From contig CAXBMA010000008.1 in assembly GCA_963976855.1 (NCBI GenBank), positions 1,911-65,910 of the forward strand: a DNA stretch of 64,000 nucleotides, written 5' to 3'. A model generated the notes under the pieces. It saw nothing but the letters and a program-made list of their open reading frames with translations, was not told the origin of the DNA and ran no database searches. Shown one piece after another: positions 1 through 9,582 of the stretch (position 1 is its first letter; every line of letters begins with the position of its first letter). This DNA comes from an uncultured Aureibaculum sp. (GTDB lineage: Bacteria; Bacteroidota; Bacteroidia; Flavobacteriales; Flavobacteriaceae). The translations under genes and the position numbers were made by a program.

Positions 1-1024
1 GGCGACGCACCCAGTCAATCAATTTGTCAATTTCTTTTCTCGTATACGAATTTCCGCCTGGCACGGCAATACCAACAACCAATTCGGCCTGATTAAAGAC
101 ATTAAATTCTTTGTGTTGGGCGACAGCATTCAACTCACCAAATTCCATCCCAAAACGGATATCTGGTTTGTCGTTGCCATATTTTTTCATGGCTTCATCA
201 TAGGTCATTCTAGGAAACGCAGGTACTTCAACGCCATTGATTTCTTTTAACAAATGTCTCGTAAGTCCTTCAAAAGCATTTAGAATATCTTCTTGTTCAA
301 CAAAAGCCATTTCACAATCTATTTGTGTAAACTCGGGCTGTCTGTCGGCACGTAAATCTTCATCTCTAAAGCATTTTACAATTTGAAAATATTTATCCAA
401 TCCACCTACCATAAGTAGTTGTTTGAAAGTTTGTGGACTCTGAGGTAAGGCATAAAATTGCCCTTCATTCATACGGCTAGGGACTACAAAATCACGAGCT
501 CCCTCTGGAGTGGACTTGATCAAATAAGGTGTTTCTACCTCTATAAAACCATCATTTGATAAATAGCTGCGTACTTCTTGAGCTACTTTCGAACGAAATA
601 TTAATTTATTTTTTACTGGATTACGACGGATGTCTAAATAGCGGTATTGCATACGAAGTTCTTCACCACCATCTGTAGTATCTTCAATGGTAAACGGAGG
701 AAGCTTTGCTTCATTAAGTACCGTCAATTTTGAAACCAAAATCTCTACATCTCCAGTTGTGATATTGGCATTTTTAGATTGGCGTTCTATGACTTCACCA
801 GTTACTTGAATTACAAATTCTCTCCCTAAGGTTTTTGCAGCTGCAAATATGGATTTATCAGTACGCTCTTCATCTAAAATTAACTGAGTAATACCATATC
901 TGTCTCGTAGGTCTATCCATATCATAAATCCTTTATCACGTACTTTTTGTACCCAACCTGATAGGGTTACTGTAGTACCTACATCTGATAATCGTAATAC
1001 TCCGTTGGTATGCGTTCTATACAT
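1..1024 (-). CDS. aspS: Aspartate--tRNA ligase, 5' part (runs off the left edge; not in the ORF track)
   Basis: Manual translation from ATG at 1024: [48 protein letters not shown], typical AspRS OB-fold N-terminus; later [64 protein letters not shown]. Confidence 0.97.
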   Translation of the reverse strand, partial: MYRTHTNGVLRLSDVGTTVTLSGWVQKVRDKGFMIWIDLRDRYGITQLILDEERTDKSIFAAAKTLGREFVIQVTGEVIERQSKNANITTGDVEILVSKLTVLNEAKLPPFTIEDTTDGGEELRMQYRYLDIRRNPVKNKLIFRSKVAQEVRSYLSNDGFIEVETPYLIKSTPEGARDFVVPSRMNEGQFYALPQSPQTFKQLLMVGGLDKYFQIVKCFRDEDLRADRQPEFTQIDCEMAFVEQEDILNAFEGLTRHLLKEINGVEVPAFPRMTYDEAMKKYGNDKPDIRFGMEFGELNAVAQHKEFNVFNQAELVVGIAVPGGNSYTRKEIDKLIDWVRR

Positions 1025-1041
1025 TTTATTTTCTTTCTAGC

Positions 1042-1065
1042 GTCACCCTGAGCGCAGTCAAAGGG
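1042..1065 (+). repeat. REP-like palindromic element (GTCACCCTGAGCGCAGTCAAAGGG), divergent relative of the GTCATTCT family
   Basis: GTCA foot followed by imperfect hairpin CCCT..AGGG; same architecture as the repeats at 3743, 6128, 6217, 6269 and 35053. Confidence 0.55.
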
Positions 1066-1084
1066 TTTTTTTCTAATTAAGCTG

Positions 1085-1092
1085 CAAAATTA
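1085..1092 (-). promoter_or_regulatory. Bacteroidota housekeeping-sigma -7 element of aspS (TAATTTTG)
   Basis: Reverse complement of caaaatta matches TAnnTTTG, upstream of the aspS start. Confidence 0.6.
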
Positions 1093-1282
1093 GCGATTTT
1101 AACAATAATAAGAATCATTTTGTCAGTTATTTTGGCCGCTTGAATTATAGATGGTAAGTGAGTCATTATTAGAGTTCAGTTGATGTAGTTATCTGATGAA
1201 CTATCAGATGGGGTTTATATGTTGAAAAGAAAAAATGCACTAAAACAAATTCAATTAAATGGTATACATTGCAACCTATTCT

Positions 1283-1855
1283 ATGAGTACAAAACATCAA
1301 CACTACCTTCTTCACAAACCCTATGGTTATTTAAGCCAGTTGATTAATAATCAAAATAAACGGAAAAATAAGAAGTTATTAGGGGAGCTCTATAATTTTG
1401 CGATAGGCACCATGGCTATCGGGCGCCTCGATGAAAATTCAGAGGGACTTTTATTATTAACTACAGATGGCAAGGTAAGTGAGGCCATTCGAAGTCATCA
1501 AGTTGACAAAGAATATTATGTGCAAGTGGCCGGACTTATTGATATAACAGCCATTGAAAAATTGCAGTTAGGGGTCGAAATTAGTATCAATGGGGCAATG
1601 TATCTAACCAAAACCTGTGTTGTAAAACCTATTAATTCTTTGGGCGACTACCCCATTGCCCCACGTCACGTTCGCGACGAACGCCATGGACCTACCAGTT
1701 GGTTGAGTATTACGCTCAATGAGGGTAAATTTAGACAAGTGCGTAAAATGACGGCTGTTGTGGGTTTTCCTACGTTGCGATTGGTTCGCGTACGGATTGG
1801 AACAATTCACCTAAATGTCAATGTTGGAGAAGTGATTGAGATGGATGAGTTTTAA
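1283..1855 (+). CDS. rRNA pseudouridine synthase, RsuA/RluE family
   Basis: HKPYGY and GRLDENSEGLLLLT (catalytic Asp), EGKFRQVRKMTA..LRLVR; start moved to the second Met (1283). Confidence 0.9.
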   Translation: MSTKHQHYLLHKPYGYLSQLINNQNKRKNKKLLGELYNFAIGTMAIGRLDENSEGLLLLTTDGKVSEAIRSHQVDKEYYVQVAGLIDITAIEKLQLGVEISINGAMYLTKTCVVKPINSLGDYPIAPRHVRDERHGPTSWLSITLNEGKFRQVRKMTAVVGFPTLRLVRVRIGTIHLNVNVGEVIEMDEF

Positions 1856-1884
1856 AACATCTTAGCGTATTCGAAATTTCCTTT

Positions 1885-2892
1885 TTACTGATTGAGTTCT
1901 TTCATAATCTCTGCAAATGCTTGAACTGATTGAATGCGATCTTGCGGATCATACAAATTGGTGGAAACAATTAATTCATCAGCTTGGGTCCGATCTAAAA
2001 ATGCTGCGACCTCTTTTTTTACAGTTTGCTTACTGCCTACAAAAGAGTATTTTATCATGTTTTGAATGGAAGGGTGTTGCTTAATTTCTTTTAAGTCGGA
2101 CGTCATCTCTGTAGGAGCCTCTAAATAATCGCGTTTTCCGGTAAACATACCAATAATCATTTTTAAAGACGAAGTAAATAAACGTTCGGCTTCAGCGTCG
2201 GTATCAGCCACAATTACATTAATGCCTGTAATTACATAAGGTGTTTCCAAGGTTTTAGAAGGAACAAATTCGGTGTGATAAATAGCCATGGCTTCCTCTA
2301 AATGAGCACTGGCAAAATGACTGGCAAAAGCGTAAGGCAAGCCCTTTTTAGCTGCCAAATGAGCACTATCCGTACTAGAACCCAAAATATAAAACGGTAT
2401 GTGTACGCCCTCGGCAATTACTGCACGAACCTTGGCATTGCCATTCGCAGCAGAAAAATACTCTTCAATTTGTGCTACTTCTTGCGGAAATGAATGGGCG
2501 GCTTGTAAAAAATCTGATTTGATAGCAGCGGCTGTTTCTCTATCCGTTCCGGGTGCTCTACCCAATCCCAAATCAATGCGATTGGGAAATAAATTTCCTA
2601 ACGTTCCGAATTGTTCTGCAACGATCAATGGGGAGTGGTTGGGTAACATAATACCACCAGCGCCTACGCGAATGGTCTTGGTTTGTTGCGCAATATGCCC
2701 AATTAAAATAGTGGGAGATACACTGCCTACGGCCTTCATATTGTGATGTTCTGCAAACCAAATGCGCGTATAACCTAAGGTTTCTGCTCGTTGTGCTAAC
2801 GCTACCGTATGCTTAAAAGTTTGTTGTACTGTAGTTCCTTTTGAGATTACTGCTAGTTCTAAAATTGAATAGGCAATTTTTTTTGTAGACAT
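1885..2892 (-). CDS. LLM-class flavin-dependent oxidoreductase (luciferase-like monooxygenase)
   Basis: WFAEHHNM, RVGAGGIMLPNH, RIDLGLGRAPG motifs. Confidence 0.92.
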   Translation of the reverse strand: MSTKKIAYSILELAVISKGTTVQQTFKHTVALAQRAETLGYTRIWFAEHHNMKAVGSVSPTILIGHIAQQTKTIRVGAGGIMLPNHSPLIVAEQFGTLGNLFPNRIDLGLGRAPGTDRETAAAIKSDFLQAAHSFPQEVAQIEEYFSAANGNAKVRAVIAEGVHIPFYILGSSTDSAHLAAKKGLPYAFASHFASAHLEEAMAIYHTEFVPSKTLETPYVITGINVIVADTDAEAERLFTSSLKMIIGMFTGKRDYLEAPTEMTSDLKEIKQHPSIQNMIKYSFVGSKQTVKKEVAAFLDRTQADELIVSTNLYDPQDRIQSVQAFAEIMKELNQ

Positions 2893-3025
2893 CGTGTTTT
2901 CTAAGATTAATTTAGGTTTTTAAGTAGTCAAAGAATGTACCATTACTAATTTAGTAGACAAATTTGCCGTTTTTTGACAAGATGTTCTGCATTAAGAATA
3001 AAATAAACATTTAACTTTGTAGTGT

Positions 3026-3697
3026 ATGAGCAAACTATATATAGTACCTACGCCCATTGGCAATTTAGAAGACATGACGTTTAGAGCTGTTTCAGTTTTA
3101 AAAAATGCTGATGTTATTCTGGCTGAAGACACACGTACTTCGGGCAAATTATTAAAACACTTCGAAATTGACACACCGATGCAAAGTCACCATATGCACA
3201 ATGAGCATAAAATGGTGGAACGATTGGTACAACGTTTAAAAGCAGGCGAAACGATTGCTTTGATTTCTGATGCCGGAACGCCTGCCATTTCAGATCCTGG
3301 TTTTCTATTGACTAGAGCCTGTGTAGCAAATGATATTGAAGTAGATTGCTTGCCCGGTGCTACTGCTTTTGTACCTGCCTTGGTCAATAGTGGTTTGCCT
3401 AATGATAAGTTTGTGTTTGAAGGTTTCTTACCTGTGAAAAAAGGGCGACAAAGTCGCCTAATAGTATTGGCCGAAGAGCCAAGAACGATGCTGTTTTATG
3501 AATCACCACACAAAATAATTAAAACGCTTACTCAATTTGGGGAGTTTTTTGGTGCTGACAGACAAGTGTCTGTATCTAGAGAATTGACAAAACTTTATGA
3601 GGAGACGATTCGAGGTACTGTCAAAGAGCTGTTGGTGCATTTTGAAAACAAACCGCCTAAAGGGGAGTTTGTAATTGTTGTGGAAGGGAAAAAGTAA
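3026..3697 (+). CDS. rsmI: 16S rRNA (cytidine1402-2'-O)-methyltransferase
   Basis: LYIVPTPIGNLEDMTFRA, AEDTRTS, SDAGTPAISDPG, RELTKLYEE. Confidence 0.96.
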   Translation: MSKLYIVPTPIGNLEDMTFRAVSVLKNADVILAEDTRTSGKLLKHFEIDTPMQSHHMHNEHKMVERLVQRLKAGETIALISDAGTPAISDPGFLLTRACVANDIEVDCLPGATAFVPALVNSGLPNDKFVFEGFLPVKKGRQSRLIVLAEEPRTMLFYESPHKIIKTLTQFGEFFGADRQVSVSRELTKLYEETIRGTVKELLVHFENKPPKGEFVIVVEGKK

Positions 3698-3742
3698 CTA
3701 TTTCCCTGTAAATAGGTCTTGATATTTAGCGTATAATTTTAT

Positions 3743-3769
3743 AGATTCTTCACGGCGTTCAGACTTACA
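3743..3769 (-). repeat. REP-like element (degenerate copy)
   Basis: Reverse complement TGTAAGTCTGAACGCCGTGAAGAATCT resembles TGTCATTCTGAACGAAGTGAAGAATC. Confidence 0.6.
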
Positions 3770-3781
3770 AAAAAGAATACA

Positions 3782-4354
3782 ATGGAAGACCTCTTAACCG
3801 AAATAAAGAAATGTACTATCTGTGCCAAACACCTGCCTTTAGGTCCACGACCAGTGTTACGTGCCCACCGCGATTCAAAAATAATCATTATTGGTCAGGC
3901 TCCAGGGACTAAAGTACACGCCTCGGGTGTTCCTTGGGATGACCCTAGCGGTAAACAATTACGTAAATGGTTGGGTGTAAGTGATGAAGATTTTTATGAT
4001 GTTACAAAATTTGCAATTGTACCCATGGGGTTTTGTTATCCAGGAAAGGGAAAATCAGGTGACTTGCCTCCACGTCCAGAATGTGCACCACAATGGCATC
4101 AGCAATTATTTGATGCCATGCCCAATTTAGAATTGATTCTCTTAATTGGAATGTATGCTCAAAATTATTATTTGCAAAACGAAGCCAAAAAAACCTTAAC
4201 TGACACCGTGGCTAATTATGCCCACTATTTACCCACCTATTTTGTGTTGCCACACCCATCTCCAAGAAATCGGTTTTGGCTGACTAAAAACCCATGGTTT
4301 GAAACAGAAGTAGTTCCCAAACTAAAAACACAGGTGCGACAAATTATCTCTTAA
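3782..4354 (+). CDS. Uracil-DNA glycosylase superfamily protein
   Basis: IGQAPG and LPHPSPRN motifs, N-terminal CxxC. Confidence 0.88.
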   Translation: MEDLLTEIKKCTICAKHLPLGPRPVLRAHRDSKIIIIGQAPGTKVHASGVPWDDPSGKQLRKWLGVSDEDFYDVTKFAIVPMGFCYPGKGKSGDLPPRPECAPQWHQQLFDAMPNLELILLIGMYAQNYYLQNEAKKTLTDTVANYAHYLPTYFVLPHPSPRNRFWLTKNPWFETEVVPKLKTQVRQIIS

Positions 4355-4392
4355 AAAAATGTAATTTTAGCGGTCTAAAAATAAATTTAACT

Positions 4393-6126
4393 ATGCTTAA
4401 AAAAATAGGAGTTGTGCTTATGCTAACCGTGTTGGTAATGGCCTGTAAAAAAGAAAACAAGCCAAAACCTTTAAACCCTGATCAGTATGCCGAAGTGGTC
4501 AACGCTGAGTTTACAGGTGATTTAGCTTATGAAACAATTGCTTTTGTGGCGCAATATTGGCGTGTAGTTGGAAATACAGGATTTAATGCGAGTATTTATA
4601 AAGTGGCTGAACAGCTCGAAAAAATGGGCTATGTATTAGAAGATTCAGCTACAGCCGAATCAATTTTAACCTATCGAATTGAAAAAAGACCATTAGAACG
4701 TCCTACTTGGGAGTCGGTTGATGGACTCGTTAGTATAAATAATGAAACGGAACCCTTATTAGAACATGCAACCAATCGCAATATGATTGCTTTAAATTCA
4801 TACAGTACACCGAAAGAAGGGGTAACAGCTGAGGTTGTTTATATTGACGACTTAAAAAACTTAAAAGATGTTGACGTAAAAGGGAAAATAGTTTTTGTGG
4901 AAGCAAATCCGGGTAGAATTTTCAAAACCTTGGTAGTAGAAGGTGGTGCCGTAGGTATTGTTGGATATAGCAATCCGGAATATTTACAGCCGGCTAAAAA
5001 CATCACCTCAATTCAGTTCAGATCCATTCCCTTAGATGAAGAACAAAAAGGGTGGGCAATTGCGCTATCCTATGCGGCGAAAGAACGTTTAAAAGCGAAG
5101 TTAGCATTAGGAAAGGTAACACTCAATGTAAATTTAGAAACGAAAATATACCCTTCAGAAGAGTTAACTATTGTTGCAGAAGTAAAAGGGGCTGAATTAC
5201 CTGAACAACGACTGGTTTTTAGTGCACATGTACAAGAGCCTGGTGCGAATGACAATGCTTCGGGTGTGGGAGTGGCCCTAGAAATGGCTTCGGTAACCGC
5301 CAAACTCGTGAATAGTGGTCAGTTGACCCCAAAACGGACATTGACATTTTTATGGGGAGATGAAATGATATCAACAAGGCGATATGTTCAAGAGGATAGT
5401 ATTCGCGCAAAAGACATCAAATGGGGAATTAGTTTAGATATGGTTGGTGAAAACACAGAACTAACGGGTGGTACTTTTTTAATTGAAAAAATGCCAGACC
5501 CTAGTGCTATTTGGACGCGAGGAAACGACAAACACACCGAATGGGGAGGAAGAAAAATGAAGCTAGAAGACATGAAACCCCATTATTTGAATGACTTTTT
5601 AATCAAAACGTTTAAAGCACAAGGTAAACGTGCCCAATGGCAGGTTGAAACCAATCCGTTTGAAGGAGGTAGTGACCATGTTCCGTTTTTATATGCAGAC
5701 ATCCCCAGTGTATTATTTTGGCATTTTACCGATCAGTTTTATCATACTGATAATGACCGAATTGATAAGGTATCAAAGACCACACTTAAAAACGTAGGTA
5801 CGGCTGCACTCATAGGAGCATATAGTTTATTGAATGCTGATGAAGTTAGCGCCAAAATGATGATTGCAGACATAGAAATTGCGGCTGTAAATCGATTGAA
5901 CGAAGAGCTAAGGCAAAGTGAAATTGCGTTAAAAAATGGGGATTCATTAGTGGCACAACTACCCATTATCAATGCATGGAAAGAATGGTATACCAAAGCG
6001 GTGGCCACCACCAATGATATGGTAAATGATACTATCCTAATTCAACCAACAATTAAAAAGTCACAAGCAGTAATTGAAGAAACAGCGAACGAAATCTTGA
6101 ATCAATTGAATGCAGCAGAAGCCTAA
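4393..6126 (+). CDS. M28-family metallopeptidase, PA-domain lipoprotein
   Basis: Lipobox VMA-C; SAHVQEPGANDNASG, LDMVG, GSDH, YHTDND motifs. Confidence 0.82.
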   Translation: MLKKIGVVLMLTVLVMACKKENKPKPLNPDQYAEVVNAEFTGDLAYETIAFVAQYWRVVGNTGFNASIYKVAEQLEKMGYVLEDSATAESILTYRIEKRPLERPTWESVDGLVSINNETEPLLEHATNRNMIALNSYSTPKEGVTAEVVYIDDLKNLKDVDVKGKIVFVEANPGRIFKTLVVEGGAVGIVGYSNPEYLQPAKNITSIQFRSIPLDEEQKGWAIALSYAAKERLKAKLALGKVTLNVNLETKIYPSEELTIVAEVKGAELPEQRLVFSAHVQEPGANDNASGVGVALEMASVTAKLVNSGQLTPKRTLTFLWGDEMISTRRYVQEDSIRAKDIKWGISLDMVGENTELTGGTFLIEKMPDPSAIWTRGNDKHTEWGGRKMKLEDMKPHYLNDFLIKTFKAQGKRAQWQVETNPFEGGSDHVPFLYADIPSVLFWHFTDQFYHTDNDRIDKVSKTTLKNVGTAALIGAYSLLNADEVSAKMMIADIEIAAVNRLNEELRQSEIALKNGDSLVAQLPIINAWKEWYTKAVATTNDMVNDTILIQPTIKKSQAVIEETANEILNQLNAAEA

Positions 6127-6127
6127 A

Positions 6128-6154
6128 GGATTCATCACTGCGTTGAGAATGACA
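6128..6154 (-). repeat. REP-like element immediately after the peptidase stop codon
   Basis: Reverse complement TGTCATTCTCAACGCAGTGATGAATCC. Confidence 0.7.
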
Positions 6155-6216
6155 CAACACTGCGTTGCTATTTATTCCAATAATTAAAAAGGTGTTTTGA
6201 TTGTTTTAATGAAGGA

Positions 6217-6294
6217 TGTCATTCTGAGTGAAACGAAGAATCTACTATTTTTGAACTCAAATAAATCTGATTCTTCACTTCGTTCAGAATGACA
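6217..6294. repeat. Inverted pair of REP-like elements (REPIN-like doublet)
   Basis: TGTCATTCTGAGTGAAACGAAGAATCT at 6217-6243 and an inverted copy at 6269-6294 (rc TGTCATTCTGAACGAAGTGAAGAATC), between convergent genes. Confidence 0.8.
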
Positions 6295-6338
6295 CTTAAT
6301 AATTCTTGGTGGTTCTCTATATTCAGTGAATCTAAATA

Positions 6339-6929
6339 TTAAAGGTGTTTGCCTTTATTCCAACCGTGTTTTCCAAGGTATTGATCTCCACTTTCTACGG
6401 CGTCATCTTCAATAGAAGTACCCATAGAATCATTCCATCTATTCAAGTAGCCAAATAAAGAAATAACACCTAGCATTTCTACAATTTCACCCTCATTCCA
6501 GTGTTCATACAAGCGTTTTTTGATGGTTTCATCAACGGTATTGGGTACCATAGAAGCCTGTAGTGAAAAATCTAAGGCAGCGCGTTCAGCGTCATTAAAA
6601 GCAGGGTGCGTTCTATATTCCCAAATGTTATCAAGCTGTTCTTGTTCAGCTCCATAGCGCTCTGCTGCGCGAATCGCATGTGCTTGGCAATACCTACAGC
6701 CTGTAGCATTACTACTTACCCAAGCAATCATCCGCTTTAGTGCAGAAGTAACACGGCCTTCATTGGCCATTACGGCTTTATTTAAATTGATAAAGGCTTT
6801 GCTTATGGCTGGCCTGTGTTGCATAGTCAATACTGAATTTGGACAAAACCCCAGTGTTTCATTAAAAAATTCGGCTAGTTGTTTTGTTTCGGTATCGTGA
6901 TCTGGATTGAGTGGTGTTACTAATGGCAT
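6339..6929 (-). CDS. Carboxymuconolactone decarboxylase/AhpD-like (peroxidase-related) protein
   Basis: CRYCQAH motif; ERAALDF, GEIVEM. Confidence 0.85.
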   Translation of the reverse strand: MPLVTPLNPDHDTETKQLAEFFNETLGFCPNSVLTMQHRPAISKAFINLNKAVMANEGRVTSALKRMIAWVSSNATGCRYCQAHAIRAAERYGAEQEQLDNIWEYRTHPAFNDAERAALDFSLQASMVPNTVDETIKKRLYEHWNEGEIVEMLGVISLFGYLNRWNDSMGTSIEDDAVESGDQYLGKHGWNKGKHL

Positions 6930-7067
6930 AAATTGGAATTGAAAATGAATGTCAAATATATAGTTTTCTTAACTTTAATCTGGAAAATATTTATCTAAGT
7001 AGCATTGTATTTTCTGATAATTTGTTATTACTTCGTATATAGAAATCTCATATAGCATTTATATCCA

Positions 7068-8081
7068 ATGGAAGTCATATTAAAACCTTACGAGCTAAAA
7101 TTAAAGCACACATTTACTATTTCACGTGAATCACGTGATACGCAAACAACCTTAGTAGTTGAGCTAAAAGATGGTGGTTTTTCTGGTTATGGAGAGGCAA
7201 CTTCAAACCCGTATTATGGGGTGACCATTGAAAAAATGAAAGAAGATATTACTGCCGTTCAGTCACTTATTAAAAACAATGGGGATGTAACACCAGAGCA
7301 GTTTTGGGAATTAATGTATCCCTTTTTTAAAAAGAATATGTTTGCGTTGTGTGCATTAGATTTGGCATATAACGATTTATATACACGTAAAAAGGGGATG
7401 AAATTGTATGAGTATTGGAATTTGGATATTAGGAACAATCCGAAAACAGACTATACAATTGGTATTGATTCTATTGAAAAAATGGTTGCAAAGCTACAAG
7501 AAAAACCATGGCCTATTTATAAAATAAAACTAGGCACTAAAGAAGATATAAAAATCATTACTGAATTGCGGAAGCATACCGATGCTGTTTTTAGAGTAGA
7601 TGCTAATTGTGGATGGACTGTTGCAGAGACTATTGCGAATGCGATTGCGTTACAGGAATTAGGTGTTGAGTTTATTGAACAACCCCTAAAAGCAGATGAT
7701 TGGGAAGGACATAGAGAAGTATTTTTAAAATCGGTCTTGCCGATAGTTGCAGATGAAAGTTGCCAAGTGGAAAGTGATGTGCTAAAGTGTAAGGATCATT
7801 TTCATGGAGTCAATGTAAAGCTGGTAAAATGCGGTGGTGTTACAGCAGCGAAACGGATGTTAGAACAAGCAAAACAACTGGGGATGAAAACAATGGTAGG
7901 CTGTATGACAGAATCTACTGTAGGAATTTCTGCTATTGCACATCTATTGCCCCTATTAGATTATGTAGATATGGATGGACCTTTATTATTGGCAGAGGAT
8001 ATAGCGAGTGGGATTACCATTACGGATGGAATTATCAATTATAGCCAACTAAACGGAACGGGAGTTTCATTAATAGCATAG
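7068..8081 (+). CDS. Dipeptide (L-Ala-D/L-Glu) epimerase, enolase superfamily
   Basis: YKIKLG, RVDAN, FIEQP, VADES, NVKLVKCGG, GCMTES, DMDG. Confidence 0.9.
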   Translation: MEVILKPYELKLKHTFTISRESRDTQTTLVVELKDGGFSGYGEATSNPYYGVTIEKMKEDITAVQSLIKNNGDVTPEQFWELMYPFFKKNMFALCALDLAYNDLYTRKKGMKLYEYWNLDIRNNPKTDYTIGIDSIEKMVAKLQEKPWPIYKIKLGTKEDIKIITELRKHTDAVFRVDANCGWTVAETIANAIALQELGVEFIEQPLKADDWEGHREVFLKSVLPIVADESCQVESDVLKCKDHFHGVNVKLVKCGGVTAAKRMLEQAKQLGMKTMVGCMTESTVGISAIAHLLPLLDYVDMDGPLLLAEDIASGITITDGIINYSQLNGTGVSLIA

Positions 8082-8084
8082 TTA

Positions 8085-9104
8085 ATGATTATTGACGGTT
8101 TTCCTGATAGAAAAATAACAGTACAAGATAAAGAATATCTCTATTTTGGAGGCACTTCGTATTTAGGGATAGCCTCGCACCCTGAATTTCAACAACTCCT
8201 TTATGAGAATATTAAAAAATGGGGCACTTTTTATGGTAGTTCGCGCAATGCGAATGTAGCACTGCGAATTTATGAAGAAGCAGAACAACAGTTTGCAGTT
8301 ACCTTAGGAGCGGAGGCATCTTTAACCGTTTCGTCGGGTACCTTGGCAGGAAAATTGGCGTTGGCACAATTATCAAAGGAAACGACGTGTTTCTTTCACT
8401 ACCCGAAATCACACCCAGCCATTATAGCACCCGAAAGCAATCCATTATTTTTGAATGGGGCATTAAACCCACGGTTGTGTACTTCTGTAAAAGAAAAAGT
8501 GGTAATTACAGCAGATGCTATTTTAGGCTTGGAAGTAAAGCCAACTAATTTTGATTTTTTAGAATCAATTTCGCCGACCAAAACGGTTACCTTACTCGTA
8601 GATGAATCACATAGTTTGGGGGTGGTGGGAAGTAAAGGCGAAGGTGTTTTTAATACAATTAATACCAAAAATGTAGCTAGAAAAATACTGATTGCCTCTT
8701 TGGGAAAAGGCTTAGGTCTGGCAGGTGGAATCATAGCGGGAGATACTCATTTTATTGAAGCCTTGAGGCAAGAGCCTTCATTTGTTTCGGCATCAGGGAT
8801 GTCACCAGCGTATTTAGCAACTTATATAGCTGGGTCAAAAATTTATGAGGAGCAACGTGAAAAATTAAATAGCAACTTAGAATTGATAAACTCTAAATGG
8901 ATGATGCGTGCTGGATATTTATTCGATAAGGAGTATCCCGTAATTTATAGTAATGACGCGGCTATTTTTACGACTCTATTAGAGAATGGTATAGTGATTA
9001 CTAGTTTTGCCTACCCTACCTATAAAAAAACAATGAATAGGATCGTTATTACAGCCAATCACACGGAAAATGATTTGATAAAATTAATACAAAATTTAAA
9101 ATAA
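8085..9104 (+). CDS. PLP-dependent class I/II aminotransferase-fold protein (BioF/AONS-like)
   Basis: FGGTSYLG, VDESHSLG, ASLGKGLG (PLP lysine); substrate uncertain. Confidence 0.78.
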   Translation: MIIDGFPDRKITVQDKEYLYFGGTSYLGIASHPEFQQLLYENIKKWGTFYGSSRNANVALRIYEEAEQQFAVTLGAEASLTVSSGTLAGKLALAQLSKETTCFFHYPKSHPAIIAPESNPLFLNGALNPRLCTSVKEKVVITADAILGLEVKPTNFDFLESISPTKTVTLLVDESHSLGVVGSKGEGVFNTINTKNVARKILIASLGKGLGLAGGIIAGDTHFIEALRQEPSFVSASGMSPAYLATYIAGSKIYEEQREKLNSNLELINSKWMMRAGYLFDKEYPVIYSNDAAIFTTLLENGIVITSFAYPTYKKTMNRIVITANHTENDLIKLIQNLK

Positions 9105-9520
9105 TGAAGATAGATACAGTAAAAACAACATGGAAAGGCGGTATGCTTTTAGAATCAACTAATCCAGGCGGAAAATTATTAATCAATGACGGTGGACCTT
9201 CTGACGAAATAGCATACGGTCCCAAAGCACTAATGTTATCTTCTTTGGCAGGATGTTCAGGCTTAGACATCGCATCGTTATTAACCAAAATGCGTGTGGA
9301 GGTAGCTAATTTTGACATTGATGTGGTTGGGGAACAAACAGAAGAACATCCTAAACACTATCACAAAGTTGCAGTGACTTTTAATTTTTACGGGAAAGGT
9401 TTAGACGAAAAGAAACTACAAAAGATAGTTGATTTATCGGTTGAAAAATACTGTGGAGTAATGGCAATGTTTAGAAAGTTTGCCAAGGTAACAATAGATA
9501 TAAAATATCATACTACTTAA
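9104..9520 (+). CDS. OsmC/YhfA family protein
   Basis: PKALMLSSLAGCSGLD and SVEKYCGV two-Cys pattern; overlaps the upstream stop codon. Confidence 0.88.
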   Translation: MKIDTVKTTWKGGMLLESTNPGGKLLINDGGPSDEIAYGPKALMLSSLAGCSGLDIASLLTKMRVEVANFDIDVVGEQTEEHPKHYHKVAVTFNFYGKGLDEKKLQKIVDLSVEKYCGVMAMFRKFAKVTIDIKYHTT

Positions 9521-9524
9521 AATC

Positions 9525-9556
9525 AAAAGACCTCGGTTTAGTTACCGAGGTCTTTT
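9525..9556. terminator. Bidirectional intrinsic terminator
   Basis: AAAAGACCTCGGT-ttagtt-ACCGAGGTCTTTT perfect 13-bp stem between convergent genes. Confidence 0.88.
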
Positions 9557-9582
9557 AAATAATCAATTAAAAACAACATTTA

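Noticed and set aside
1191-1209. ATCTGAT-gaact-ATCAGAT inverted repeat between aspS and the pseudouridine synthase gene
   Set aside because: Single 7-bp stem with no second copy seen; chance level
6128-6294. Possible mini-CRISPR array from three similar ~27-nt repeats
   Set aside because: The repeats are in mixed orientation with unequal spacing, related copies are dispersed elsewhere, and there are no cas genes; better explained as REP-like elements
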